64,000 nt of DNA from Eledone cirrhosa (GCA_964016885.1 OZ024743.1:303490001-303554000), one strand, 5' to 3'; positions 1 to 15,000 are shown, numbered from the stretch's first letter. Notes: generated from the sequence alone by a model not told the origin. Made by a program: numbers and translations.

Positions 1-133
1 TATACGTATATATGTACACATATATATACATGCATACACACACATACACACATAAATATATACACAAAAATATGAATATTAAAATAAACATAAATAAACT
101 CACACAGATAAGTAAAAATACAAATAAACACAT

Positions 134-174
<41 letters not shown>

Positions 175-225
175 TATATATATACATACACATACACGCA
201 TATATACAAATTCATACGCACGCGC

Positions 226-300
<75 letters not shown>

Positions 301-869
301 TACACATATATACACTTATTTACAGATATATAATCACAAATACACACACACGCACATATACATGCATACATATATATATACACATATATACATATAAATA
401 CACGCACATATACAGACATACACACAAACACACACACATGTAAAAAAGAATAATCAAAAACCTATAAATGTAAGTACACATGAGTCTGTCTCCAAATGCG
501 CACGCTCACAGCCCTATGTGAGAACATAGAACCTAGTGGGTAAGTGAGGACAAGAGGGGGTTTAAAAATGAAATAATAAATACAATTATATGTAAGGGAG
601 AAATGTATGCGAAGTGATCTAGATAAGAGTATCTGGTTAAAGAGTAAACTGAGTAAAGGATAAAGGTGGTGGGTGTATATGTGAAAAGGGTAAGATAGAA
701 AGTAGGGGGGAATATAAGTCAACTGAAAAATTATCATAATAGGAAAAATATAAATATAAGGAGATATAGAAGGAGATGAGGGAGAAAAAGAATATATGGG
801 TTAGGAATATGAGTTCAGAGAGTAATAATATTCGTAGTGAATGGAAGGCGTAATGAGTAAAGGAGAAGC

Positions 870-1620
870 TCAGGGTGGTTGAGTCTTCGTAGGAATGTCA
901 ATCCAGTTACAAAGTAGATGCGATTTCAGGCGTGGACAACATCTGAAGATCTTGGTCTTGGAGTTGAGGCAAGTGGAAGGGGCTTTCCAATTTTGGAGAA
1001 TTCTAAATTCTTCCGTGGTGCACAAATAACATTTCTTTGTGCCCCTTTGGTATTCTCTTGAATGATCTAAAATAGACCAATGAATAGTGTACGGAATGTT
1101 TTTGTCTTTGAAATCCCACACTTTATTTGAGAGAGCCGTTGCTGTTTATTTTCAGGGTGTTTAAAAGAAGCTACATTTGCATAATACCTGATTTTGAACC
1201 TGTCCTAAGTCACTCCTGGTTGGATGGTTATTAAATAACGGTGTCAATTTGGCCTCATACACAATGGGCATTCTTCCAGCTTCCTGCAACTGCATCCTGG
1301 ATTTACTCTCGTACGATTAGAGTTGGTAATTTTAGTCTTCAATGATGGACAGCAAGAGTAACTGATTTTAACTATATTTCTATTAAATATCTTATTATAT
1401 CTATGATTAGGGGGGAAAATGTTTGTCTAGGAAGTCAAGGAATTTCCTCCCTACATTAGTGTTGACAGTTAGAGAGAAGGGGGTGTAAACCAAATAATTG
1501 TTCTTTTCCTGTTATTGTGTTTAGTGTTAGAGGGAGGAGAAGGTAAATATTTAATATGTTCTGTGAAGCCGCTGTTAGTGAGGGCCTTATTATCATAAGG
1601 GGCGGCTTTGTTAAAAAAGT
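870..1620 (-). mobile_element. Decayed Penelope-like element, 3' part (GIY-YIG C-terminal region)
   Basis: ORF 870-1121 reads W..IL.....Y....KKCYLC..EE..I....LNSK..I..CC, the same pattern as 35123-35305. Upstream frameshifted remnants are consistent with the PLE linker. Confidence 0.7.
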
Positions 1621-1686
1621 CTAGAGACGAAGATAAGGCAGAAATTCTACGGCTAATGTTAGGAACAAAAAATATATATATATATA

Positions 1687-1753
<67 letters not shown>

Positions 1754-2730
1754 TTTACTTTCATTCCTTTTCTCCGATTGGTTTTCAGAAATTGTGTCCT
1801 ATCACTAATATACAAATATGACGATATGATACACGTAACTGTGAGAAATATACAATGGTAGTGACCGATCTATCTCTCAACTGAGAGAGGTAGGGTTTTC
1901 AAACATGACAAATAGCATACATACACATGTACACCATTTCCTAACACAGAGAACCAAACACCTGGTATCATCGCCTCCATCCCCCCCCTTCAATGAAAGT
2001 AATTGTTATTCTATCCTAATCAACTCCGTATAGATGAAACTGGGATGCTGTCTCAAAACACCACAGGCATAGTCAATAAACTGCGATGCCCACTTTATTA
2101 GATAATGGCGTGTTTCTTTATTTATCTATGGGGAAACACGCACGGCCAATAGCTTAGAAAATCACAATGCTTATGTAATTTCATTATGAGTATATAAAAA
2201 TGCCTAGAAACATTTAGCCGTACTTTTGTCGTTAAAATATTCATAGCTGAGCAAAAAATTCTAACTTCTTGCAAGATCGATTATATCATGTATATCAGAA
2301 GAAAAATACATCTAATAACTGGGTTAGAAATCAATACCGTTTTGAAGTAAATTTCGCAATCGGAATTTTAGAAATAAAACGAAATGTCAACTGAGATGTG
2401 TAAGCCTGCCAAATACAGTTAATTAAGTTGTCGCTTATTCATGTCATTTTATTCGACGTAGAAGTGTACTGATACGTTCAAGTTGCTTTGAGATAAATCA
2501 CAGGATTTTTTTTTAAATGGTGAAAATATAGAATTAAGTCACACTTACTTGCATGTGTTGGTTATCCTTACGGATAAAAGTAATATTTTAAATATCTCAA
2601 GGTGACTTTCACAATGTATAAAAACCACGTGAATAGGTTTTCGAAAATGCAGCTATAACAAAGTATAAATTCGATTCCTTATTCATATTTTATGCAAACA
2701 TACAGTGCAGTCACACGCACACTTCATATA

Positions 2731-3550
2731 CGAGGTGTGTCAGAAAAGTTCCTGGATGATGTCACAAAAGATTTATTTCAAACCCAAACTTCCAACTAAG
2801 AGTTTCTGCCACGCTTGCATACACTCCGCAGTTCCGTCGTCAAGGCCATTTTGATGTCGTCCACGTCTTCCGAACGGGTACACTCCGGGTCGTACTCGAA
2901 GATCTATGACTCATCACCGGTGATGACTTTCCCTAGCAAGTCTGGTTCGGTTTCAAGACGCTCGAGGATGTCCTGGCACATTTGCATACGTCGACCCTTC
3001 TGGTCATCGTTCAGCAGTTTCGAGACCATCTTCGCGCAGACTTTCCGCATGTCCAAATCTTCAGTGAGAATTTTCCAGACGCTGTCCAGATTCATGGCCA
3101 GCTCATTTGCCATCAGTTGAACAGTAAGCCGACGATCGCTATGCACCATCTACCTGACACGCTCAACGTTGACCTCAGTCCTGGTTGTTGAGGGCCTTCC
3201 GCTCCTGCGGTCATCTTCCACGTCCTCGCGTCCTTCTTTAAACCTCTTGCACCACTCAAAAACACGTGAGCGTGATATCGTCTCATCTCCATACACTTTC
3301 TGCAGCGGAGTTTTCCCCAACCGTACCAGAAACCTCAACTTTGTTCGTTGCTCTGTGTTCATTGCTTGACAACCTGAAACAGGACATGTATATAAAATTA
3401 TGAAGAAAAAAGTGTAATCGCTGCAGAGAGCTTGGATTACAGTAACATACTCAAGGGGGATTACTTTGAAGGAGAAAATTCTTAGTGTGAAGTTTGGGTT
3501 TGAAATAAATATTTTGTGACATCAGCCCTGGAACTTTGCTGACACACCTC

Positions 3551-3551
<1 letters not shown>
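2731..3551 (-). mobile_element. Internally deleted mariner-family DNA transposon
   Basis: Imperfect terminal inverted repeats of about 70 bp (cgaggtgtgtcag... / ...ctgacacacctcg) flanked by TA. Minus-strand ORFs 3150-3362 and 2904-3149 give mariner HTH regions (VYGDE..SRSRVFEWCKRFKEGREDVEDD.RSGRP) and the ITGDES motif. Confidence 0.9.
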
Positions 3552-3613
<62 letters not shown>

Positions 3614-3898
3614 CAAATAACGAAACGAAATTAAATTTCGTTTCGCTTCTAACTCACTTTTGTATGACTGACGCTTAAACAATTAAGTTAAAGTGTACAT
3701 CTACATATGTATACGGAAGTATTAGTATGCATATAAATACACACATGTATACATATGTACATGTACTCAGCTTTTCACTAGACACTTTACAGTGAGTGTC
3801 AGCTAGTCTGTATGTAACCACACAGGCGGACCGGGTTTTAGAGTCATACGAGTTTTCAAGGAAACACATTTCCTCTATTCTCCAGAGGGCCAGACAGG

Positions 3899-3943
3899 AA
3901 TATTGGACTAGTTTCGATGTTATTACATCTCATCAGCAATATT
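3899..3943 (-). ncRNA. Type I hammerhead ribozyme (first copy; recurs every 469 bp on the minus strand in blocks 1 and 3)
   Basis: Minus strand reads AAUAUUG CUGAUGA GAUGU-AAUA-ACAUC GAAA CUAG UC CAAUAUU: 7-bp stem I, full catalytic core, 5-bp stem II, minimal palindromic stem III, GUC cleavage triplet. Confidence 0.92.
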
Positions 3944-6900
3944 TACCCATCTTCCGGCTTCTCTGGAGAATTGTAAAAGCACATATCGTTATATGCTTTT
4001 TCTATGAAAATTAGTAGTGGGTAGACCAATTTGCATAGAACGTGAGTCATTGTACGCACCGGTTCAGCGGAAACGATAAAAACAAATAACGAAACGAAAT
4101 TAAATTTCGTTTCGCTTCTAACTCACTTTTGTATGACTGACGCTTAAACAATTAAGTTAAAGTGTACATCTACATATGTATACGGAAGTATTAGTATGCA
4201 TATAAATACACACATGTATACATATGTACATGTACTCAGCTTTTCACTAGACACTTTACAGTGAGTGTCAGCTAGTCTGTATGTAACCACACAGGCGGAC
4301 CGGGTTTTAGAGTCATACGAGTTTTCAAGGAAACACATTTCCTCTATTCTCCAGAGGGCCAGACAGGAATATTGGACTAGTTTCGATGTTATTACATCTC
4401 ATCAGCAATATTTACCCATCTTCCGGCTTCTCTGGAGAATTGTAAAAGCACATATCGTTATATGCTTTTTCTATGAAAATAAGTAGTGGGTAGACCAATT
4501 TGCATAGAACGTGAGTCATTGTACGCACCGGTTCAGCGGAAACGATAAAAACAAATAACGAAACGAAATTAAATTTCGTTTCGCTTCTAACTCACTTTTG
4601 TATGACTGACGCTTAAACAATTAAGTTAAAGTGTACATCTACATATGTATACGGAAGTATTAGTATGCATATAAATACACACATGTATACATATGTACAT
4701 GTACTCAGCTTTTCACTAGACACTTTACAGTGAGTGTCAGCTAGTCTGTATGTAACCACACAGGCGGACCGGGTTTTAGAGTCATACGAGTTTTCAAGGA
4801 AACACATTTCCTCTATTCTCCAGAGGGCCAGCCAGGAATATTGGACTAGTTTCGATGTTATTACATCTCATCAGCAATATTTACCCATCTTCCGGCTTCT
4901 CTGGAGAATTGTAAAAGCACATATCGTTATATGCTTTTTCTATGAAAATTAGTAGTGGGTAGACCAATTTGCATAGAACGTGAGTCATTGTACGCACCGG
5001 TTCAGCGGAAACGATAAAAACAAATAACGAAACGAAATTAAATTTCGTTTCGCTTCTAACTCACTTTTGTATGACTGACGCTTAAACAATTAAGTTAAAG
5101 TGTACATCTACATATGTATACGGAAGTATTAGTATGCATATAAATACACACATGTATACATATGTACATGTACTCAGCTTTTCACTAGACACTTTACAGT
5201 GAGTGTCAGCTAGTCTGTATGTAACCACACAGGCGGACCGGGTTTTAGAGTCATACGAGTTTTCAAGGAAACACATTTCCTCTATTCTCCAGAGGGCCAG
5301 ACAGGAATATTGGACTAGTTTCGATGTTATTACATCTCATCAGCAATATTTACCCATCTTCCGGCTTCTCTGGAGAATTGTAAAAGCACATATCGTTATA
5401 TGCTTTTTCTATGAAAATTAGTAGTGGGTAGACCAATTTGCATAGAACGTGAGTCATTGTACGCACCGGTTCAGCGGAAACGATAAAAACAAATAACGAA
5501 ACGAAATTAAATTTCGTTTCGCTTCTAACTCACTTTTGTATGACTGACGCTTAAACAATTAAGTTAAAGTGTACATCTACATATGTATACGGAAGTATTA
5601 GTATGCATATAAATACACACATGTATACATATGTACATGTACTCAGCTTTTCACTAGACACTTTACAGTGAGTGTCAGCTAGTCTGTATGTAACCACACA
5701 GGCGGACCGGGTTTTAGAGTCATACGAGTTTTCAAGGAAACACATTTCCTCTATTCTCCAGAGGGCCAGACAGGAATATTGGACTAGTTTCGATGTTATT
5801 ACATCTCATCAGCAATATTTACCCATCTTCCGGCTTCTCTGGAGAATTGTAAAAGCACATATCGTTATATGCTTTTTCTATGAAAATTAGTAGTGGCTAG
5901 ACCAATTTGCATAGAACGTGAGTCATTGTACGCACCGGTTCAGCGGAAACGATAAAAACAAATAACGAAACGAAATTAAATTTCGTTTCGCTTCTAACTC
6001 ACTTTTGTATGACTGACGCTTAAACAATTAAGTTAAAGTGTACATCTACATATGTATACGGAAGTATTAGTATGCATATAAATACACACATGTATACATA
6101 TGTACATGTACTCAGCTTTTCACTAGACACTTTACAGTGAGTGTCAGCTAGTCTGTATGTAACCACACAGGCGGACCGGGTTTTAGAGTCATACGAGTTT
6201 TCAAGGAAACACATTTCCTCTATTCTCCAGAGGGCCAGACAGGAATATTGGACTAGTTTCGATGTTATTACATCTCATCAGCAATATTTACCCATCTTCC
6301 GGCTTCTCTGGAGAATTGTAAAAGCACATATCGTTATATGCTTTTTCTATGAAAATTAGTAGTGGGTAGACCAATTTGCATAGAACGTGAGTCATTGTAC
6401 GCACCGGTTCAGCGGAAACGATAAAAACAAATAACGAAACGAAATTAAATTTCGTTTCGCTTCTAACTCACTTTTGTATGACTGACGCTTAAACAATTAA
6501 GTTAAAGTGTACATCTACATATGTATACGGAAGTATTAGTATGCATATAAATACACACATGTATACATATGTACATGTACTCAGCTTTTCACTAGACACT
6601 TTACAGTGAGTGTCAGCTAGTCTGTATGTAACCACACAGGCGGACCGGGTTTTAGAGTCATACGAGTTTTCAAGGAAACACATTTCCTCTATTCTCCAGA
6701 GGGCCAGACAGGAATATTGGACTAGTTTCGATGTTATTACATCTCATCAGCAATATTTACCCATCTTCCGGCTTCTCTGGAGAATTGTAAAAGCAGATAT
6801 CGTTATATGCTTTTTCTATGAAAATTAGTAGTGGGTAGACCAATTTGCATAGAACGTGAGTCATTGTACGCACCGGTTCAGCGGAAACGATAAAAACAAA

Positions 6901-7459
6901 TAACGAAACGAAATTAAATTTCGTTTCGCTTCTAACTCACTTTTGTATGACTGACGCTTAAACAATTAAGTTAAAGTGTACATCTACATATGTATACGGA
7001 AGTATTAGTATGCATATAAATACACACATGTATACATATGTACATGTACTCAGCTTTTCACTAGACACTTTACAGTGAGTGTCAGCTAGTCTGTATGTAA
7101 CCACACAGGCGGACCGGGTTTTAGAGTCATACGAGTTTTCAAGGAAACACATTTCCTCTATTCTCCAGAGGGCCAGACAGGAATATTGGACTAGTTTCGA
7201 TGTTATTACATCTCATCAGCAATATTTACCCATCTTCCGGCTTCTCTGGAGAATTGTAAAAGCACATATCGTTATATGCTTTTTCTATGAAAACGAAATT
7301 TAATTTCGTTTCGTTATTTGTTTTTATCGTTTCCGCTGAACCGGTGCGTACAATGACTCACGTTCTATGCAAATTGGTCTACCCACTACTAATTTTCATA
7401 GAAAAAGCATATAACGATATGTGCTTTTACAATTCTCCAGAGAAGCCGGAAGATGGGTA

Positions 7460-7504
7460 AATATTGCTGATGAGATGTAATAACATCGAAACTAGTCCAA
7501 TATT
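7460..7504 (+). ncRNA. Type I hammerhead ribozyme (first plus-strand copy; recurs every 469 bp in blocks 2 and 4)
   Basis: aatattg ctgatga gatgt aata acatc gaaa ctag tc caatatt read directly on the + strand. Confidence 0.92.
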
Positions 7505-10500
7505 CCTGTCTGGCCCTCTGGAGAATAGAGGAAATGTGTTTCCTTGAAAACTCGTATGACTCTAAAACCCGGTCCGCCTGTGTGGTTACATACAGACTAG
7601 CTGACACTCACTGTAAAGTGTCTAGTGAAAAGCTGAGTACATGTACATATGTATACATGTGTGTATTTATATGCATACTAATACTTCCGTATACATATGT
7701 AGATGTACACTTTAACTTAATTGTTTAAGCGTCAGTCATACAAAAGTGAGTTAGAAGCGAAACGAAATTTAATTTCGTTTCGTTATTTGTTTTTATCGTT
7801 TCCGCTGAACCGGTGCGTACAATGACTCACGTTCTATGCAAATTGGTCTACCCACTACTAATTTTCATAGAAAAAGCATATAGCGATATGTGCTTTTACA
7901 ATTCTCCAGAGAAGCCGGAAGATGGGTAAATATTGCTGATGAGATGTAATAACATCGAAACTAGTCCAATATTCCTGTCTGGCCCTCTGGAGAATAGAGG
8001 AAATGTGTTTCCTTGAAAACTCGTATGACTCTAAAACCCGGTCCGCCTGTGTGGTTACATACAGACTAGCTGACACTCACTGTAAAGTGTCTAGTGAAAA
8101 GCTGAGTACATGTACATATGTATACATGTGTGTATTTATATGCATACTAATACTTCCGTATACATATGTAGATGTACACTTTAACTTAATTGTTTAAGCG
8201 TCAGTCATACAAAAGTGAGTTAGAAGCGAAACGAAATTTAATTTCGTTTCGTTATTTGTTTTTATCGTTTCCGCTGAACCGGTGCGTACAATGACTCACG
8301 TTCTATGCAAATTGGTCTACCCACTACTAATTTTCATAGAAAAAGCATATAACGATATGTGCTTTTACAATTCTCCAGAGAAGCCGGAAGATGGGTAAAT
8401 ATTGCTGATGAGATGTAATAACATCGAAACTAGTCCAATATTCCTGTCTGGCCCTCTGGAGAATAGAGGAAATGTGTTTCCTTGAAAACTCGTATGACTC
8501 TAAAACCCGGTCCGCCTGTGTGGTTACATACAGACTAGCTGACACTCACTGTAAAGTGTCTAGTGAAAAGCTGAGTACATGTACATATGTATACATGTGT
8601 GTATTTATATGCATACTAATACTTCCGTATACATATGTAGATGTACACTTTAACTTAATTGTTTAAGCGTCAGTCATACAAAAGTGAGTTAGAAGCGAAA
8701 CGAAATTTAATTTCGTTTCGTTATTTGTTTTTATCGTTTCCGCTGAACCGGTGCGTACAATGACTCACGTTCTATGCAAATTGGTCTACCCACTACTAAT
8801 TTTCATAGAAAAAGCATATAACGATATGTGCTTTTACAATTCTCCAGAGAAGCCGGAAGATGGGTAAATATTGCTGATGAGATGTAATAACATCGAAACT
8901 AGTCCAATATTCCTGTCTGGCCCTCTGGAGAATAGAGGAAATGTGTTTCCTTGAAAACTCGTATGACTCTAAAACCCGGTCCGCCTGTGTGGTTACATAC
9001 AGACTAGCTGACACTCACTGTAAAGTGTCTAGTGAAAAGCTGAGTACATGTACATATGTATACATGTGTGTATTTATATGCATACTAATACTTCCGTATA
9101 CATATGTAGATGTACACTTTAACTTAATTGTTTAAGCGTCAGTCATACAAAAGTGAGTTAGAAGCGAAACGAAATTTAATTTCGTTTCGTTATTTGTTTT
9201 TATCGTTTCCGCTGAACCGGTGCGTACAATGACTCACGTTCTATGCAAATTGGTCTACCCACTACTAATTTTCATAGAAAAAGCATATAACGATATGTGC
9301 TTTTACAATTCTCCAGAGAAGCCGGAAGATGGGTAAATATTGCTGATGAGATGTAATAACATCGAAACTAGTCCAATATTCCTGTCTGGCCCTCTGGAGA
9401 ATAGAGGAAATGTGTTTCCTTGAAAACTCGTATGACTCTAAAACCCGGTCCGCCTGTGTGGTTACATACAGACTAGCTGACACTCACTGTAAAGTGTCTA
9501 GTGAAAAGCTGAGTACATGTACATATGTATACATGTGTGTATTTATATGCATACTAATACTTCCGTATACATATGTAGATGTACACTTTAACTTAATTGT
9601 TTAAGCGTCAGTCATACAAAAGTGAGTTAGAAGCGAAACGAAATTTAATTTCGTTTCGTTATTTGTTTTTATCGTTTCCGCTGAACCGGTGCGTACAATG
9701 ACTCACGTTCTATGCAAATTGGTCTACCCACTACTAATTTTCATAGAAAAAGCATATAACGATATGTGCTTTTACAATTCTCCAGAGAAGCCGGAAGATG
9801 GGTAAATATTGCTGATGAGATGTAATAACATCGAAACTAGTCCAATATTCCTGTCTGGCCCTCTGGAGAATAGAGGAAATGTGTTTCCTTGAAAACTCGT
9901 ATGACTCTAAAACCCGGTCCGCCTGTGTGGTTACATACAGACTAGCTGACACTCACTGTAAAGTGTCTAGTGAAAAGCTGAGTACATGTACATATGTATA
10001 CATGTGTGTATTTATATGCATACTAATACTTCCGTATACATATGTAGATGTACACTTTAACTTAATTGTTTAAGCGTCAGTCATACAAAAGTGAGTTAGA
10101 AGCGAAACGAAATTTAATTTCGTTTCGTTATTTGTTTTTATCGTTTCCGCTGAACCGGTGCGTACAATGACTCACGTTCTATGCAAATTGGTCTACCCAC
10201 TACTAATTTTCATAGAAAAAGCATATAACGATATGTGCTTTTACAATTCTCCAGAGAAGCCGGAAGATGGGTAAATATTGCTGATGAGATGTAATAACAT
10301 CGAAACTAGTCCAATATTCCTGTCTGGCCCTCTGGAGAATAGAGGAAATGTGTTTCCTTGAAAACTCGTATGACTCTAAAACCCGGTCCGCCTGTGTGGT
10401 TACATACAGACTAGCTGACACTCACTGTAAAGTGTCTAGTGAAAAGCTGAGTACATGTACATATGTATACATGTGTGTATTTATATGCATACTAATACTT

Positions 10501-11978
10501 CCGTATACATATGTAGATGTACACTTTAACTTAATTGTTTAAGCGTCAGTCATACAAAAGTGAGTTAGAAGCGAAACGAAATTTAATTTCGTTTCGTTAT
10601 TTGTTTTTATCGTTTCCGCTGAACCGGTGCGTACAATGACTCACGTTCTATGCAAATTGGTCTACCCACTACTAATTTTCATAGAAAAAGCATATAACGA
10701 TATGTGCTTTTACAATTCTCCAGAGAAGCCGGAAGATGGGTAAATATTGCTGATGAGATGTAATAACATCGAAACTAGTCCAATATTCCTGTCTGGCCCT
10801 CTGGAGAATAGAGGAAATGTGTTTCCTTGAAAACTCGTATGACTCTAAAACCCGGTCCGCCTGTGTGGTTACATACAGACTAGCTGACACTCACTGTAAA
10901 GTGTCTAGTGAAAAGCTGAGTACATGTACATATGTATACATGTGTGTATTTATATGCATACTAATACTTCCGTATACATATGTAGATGTACACTTTAACT
11001 TAATTGTTTAAGCGTCAGTCATACAAAAGTGAGTTAGAAGCGAAACGAAATTTAATTTCGTTTCGTTATTTGTTTTTATCGTTTCCGCTGAACCGGTGCG
11101 TACAATGACTCACGTTCTATGCAAATTGGTCTACCCACTACTAATTTTCATAGAAAAAGCATATAACGATATGTGCTTTTACAATTCTCCAGAGAAGCCG
11201 GAAGATGGGTAAATATTGCTGATGAGATGTAATAACATCGAAACTAGTCCAATATTCCTGGCTGGCCCTCTGGAGAATAGAGGAAATGTGTTTCCTTGAA
11301 AACTCGTATGACTCTAAAACCCGGTCCGCCTGTGTGGTTACATACAGACTAGCTGACACTCACTGTAAAGTGTCTAGTGAAAAGCTGAGTACATGTACAT
11401 ATGTATACATGTGTGTATTTATATGCATACTAATACTTCCGTATACATATGTAGATGTACACTTTAACTTAATTGTTTAAGCGTCAGTCATACAAAAGTG
11501 AGTTAGAAGCGAAACGAAATTTAATTTCGTTTCGTTATTTGTTTTTATCGTTTCCGCTGAACCGGTGCGTACAATGACTCACGTTCTATGCAAATTGGTC
11601 TACCCACTACTTATTTTCATAGAAAAAGCATATAACGATATGTGCTTTTACAATTCTCCAGAGAAGCTGGAAGATGGGTAAATATTGCTGATGAGATGTA
11701 ATAACATCGAAACCAGTCCAATATTCCTGTCTGGCCCTCTGGAGAATAGAGGAAATGTGTTTCCTTGAAAACTCGTATGACTCTAAAACCCGGTCCGCCT
11801 GTGTGGTTACATACAGACTAGCTGACACTCACTGTAAAGTGTCTAGTGAAAAGCTGAGTACATGTACATATGTATACATGTGTGTATTTATATGCATACT
11901 AATACTTCCGTATACATATGTAGATGTACACTTTAACTTAATTGTTTAAGCGTCAGTCATACAAAAGTGAGTTAGAAG

Positions 11979-12003
11979 CGAAACGAAATTAAATTTCGTT
12001 TCG
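11979..12003. repeat. 25-bp palindrome at the centre of a roughly 6.4-kb inverted repeat
   Basis: cgaaacgaaat-taa-atttcgtttcg is present once per unit. Here both flanks are mirror images (gttagaag... / ...cttctaac). Confidence 0.95.
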
Positions 12004-15000
12004 CTTCTAACTCACTTTTGTATGACTGACGCTTAAACAATTAAGTTAAAGTGTACATCTACATATGTATACGGAAGTATTAGTATGCATATAAATACAC
12101 ACATGTATACATATGTACATGTACTCAGCTTTTCACTAGACACTTTACAGTGAGTGTCAGCTAGTCTGTATGTAACCACACAGGCGGACCGGGTTTTAGA
12201 GTCATACGAGTTTTCAAGGAAACACATTTCCTCTATTCTCCAGAGGGCCAGACAGGAATATTGGACTAGTTTCGATGTTATTACATCTCATCAGCAATAT
12301 TTACCCATCTTCCGGCTTCTCTGGAGAATTGTAAAAGCACATATCGTTATATGCTTTTTCTATGAAAATATGTAGTGGGTAGACCAATTTGCATAGAACG
12401 TGAGTCATTGTACGCACCGGTTCAGCGGAAACGATAAAAACAAATAACGAAACGAAATTAAATTTCGTTTCGCTTCTAACTCACTTTTGTATGACTGACG
12501 CTTAAACAATTAAGTTAAAGTGTACATCTACATATGTATACGGAAGTATTAGTATGCATATAAATACACACATGTATACATATGTACATGTACTCAGCTT
12601 TTCACTAGACACTTTACAGTGAGTGTCAGCTAGTCTGTATGTAACCACACAGGCGGACCGGGTTTTAGAGTCATACGAGTTTTCAAGGAAACACATTTCC
12701 TCTATTCTCCAGAGGGCCAGCCAGGAATATTGGACTAGTTTCGATGTTATTACATCTCATCAGCAATATTTACCCATCTTCCGGCTTCTCTGGAGAATTG
12801 TAAAAGCACATATCGTTATATGCTTTTTCTATGAAAATTAGTAGTGGGTAGACCAATTTGCATAGAACGTGAGTCATTGTACGCACCGGTTCAGCGGAAA
12901 CGATAAAAACAAATAACGAAACGAAATTAAATTTCGTTTCGCTTCTAACTCACTTTTGTATGACTGACGCTTAAACAATTAAGTTAAAGTGTACATCTAC
13001 ATATGTATACGGAAGTATTAGTATGCATATAAATACACACATGTATACATATGTACATGTACTCAGCTTTTCACTAGACACTTTACAGTGAGTGTCAGCT
13101 AGTCTGTATGTAACCACACAGGCGGACCGGGTTTTAGAGTCATACGAGTTTTCAAGGAAACACATTTCCTCTATTCTCCAGAGGGCCAGACAGGAATATT
13201 GGACTAGTTTCGATGTTATTACATCTCATCAGCAATATTTACCCATCTTCCGGCTTCTCTGGAGAATTGTAAAAGCACATATCGTTATATGCTTTTTCTA
13301 TGAAAATTAGTAGTGGGTAGACCAATTTGCATAGAACGTGAGTCATTGTACGCACCGGTTCAGCGGAAACGATAAAAACAAATAACGAAACGAAATTAAA
13401 TTTCGTTTCGCTTCTAACTCACTTTTGTATGACTGACGCTTAAACAATTAAGTTAAAGTGTACATCTACATATGTATACGGAAGTATTAGTATGCATATA
13501 AATACACACATGTATACATATGTACATGTACTCAGCTTTTCACTAGACACTTTACAGTGAGTGTCAGCTAGTCTGTATGTAACCACACAGGCGGACCGGG
13601 TTTTAGAGTCATACGAGTTTTCAAGGAAACACATTTCCTCTATTCTCCAGAGGGCCAGACAGGAATATTGGACTAGTTTCGATGTTATTACATCTCATCA
13701 GCAATATTTACCCATCTTCCGGCTTCTCTGGAGAATTGTAAAAGCACATATCGTTATATGCTTTTTCTATGAAAATTAGTAGTGGGTAGACCAATTTGCA
13801 TAGAACGTGAGTCATTGTACGCACCGGTTCAGCGGAAACGATAAAAACAAATAACGAAACGAAATTAAATTTCGTTTCGCTTCTAACTCACTTTTGTATG
13901 ACTGACGCTTAAACAATTAAGTTAAAGTGTACATCTACATATGTATACGGAAGTATTAGTATGCATATAAATACACACATGTATACATATGTACATGTAC
14001 TCAGCTTTTCACTAGACACTTTACAGTGAGTGTCAGCTAGTCTGTATGTAACCACACAGGCGGACCGGGTTTTAGAGTCATACGAGTTTTCAAGGAAACA
14101 CATTTCCTCTATTCTCCAGAGGGCCAGACAGGAATATTGGACTAGTTTCGATGTTATTACATCTCATCAGCAATATTTACCCATCTTCCGGCTTCTCTGG
14201 AGAATTGTAAAAGCACATATCGTTATATGCTTTTTCTATGAAAATTAGTAGTGGGTAGACCAATTTGCATAGAACGTGAGTCATTGTACGCACCGGTTCA
14301 GCGGAAACGATAAAAACAAATAACGAAACGAAATTAAATTTCGTTTCGCTTCTAACTCACTTTTGTATGACTGACGCTTAAACAATTAAGTTAAAGTGTA
14401 CATCTACATATGTATACGGAAGTATTAGTATGCATATAAATACACACATGTATACATATGTACATGTACTCAGCTTTTCACTAGACACTTTACAGTGAGT
14501 GTCAGCTAGTCTGTATGTAACCACACAGGCGGACCGGGTTTTAGAGTCATACGAGTTTTCAAGGAAACACATTTCCTCTATTCTCCAGAGGGCCAGACAG
14601 GAATATTGGACTAGTTTCGATGTTATTACATCTCATCAGCAATATTTACCCATCTTCCGGCTTCTCTGGAGAATTGTAAAAGCACATATCGTTATATGCT
14701 TTTTCTATGAAAATTAGTAGTGGGTAGACCAATTTGCATAGAACGTGAGTCATTGTACGCACCGGTTCAGCGGAAACGATAAAAACAAATAACGAAACGA
14801 AATTAAATTTCGTTTCGCTTCTAACTCACTTTTGTATGACTGACGCTTAAACAATTAAGTTAAAGTGTACATCTACATATGTATACGGAAGTATTAGTAT
14901 GCATATAAATACACACATGTATACATATGTACATGTACTCAGCTTTTCACTAGACACTTTACAGTGAGTGTCAGCTAGTCTGTATGTAACCACACAGGCG

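Noticed and set aside
12-443. YI/HT/CV-rich ORFs here and throughout the window
   Set aside because: Translations of (TA)n and (CA)n microsatellites.
3607-4076. Second ribozyme on the opposite strand of the unit (ambisense circle)
   Set aside because: Only CUGACGC and scattered GAAAC are present; no complete hammerhead could be assembled by eye. Other ribozyme classes would need a covariance search.
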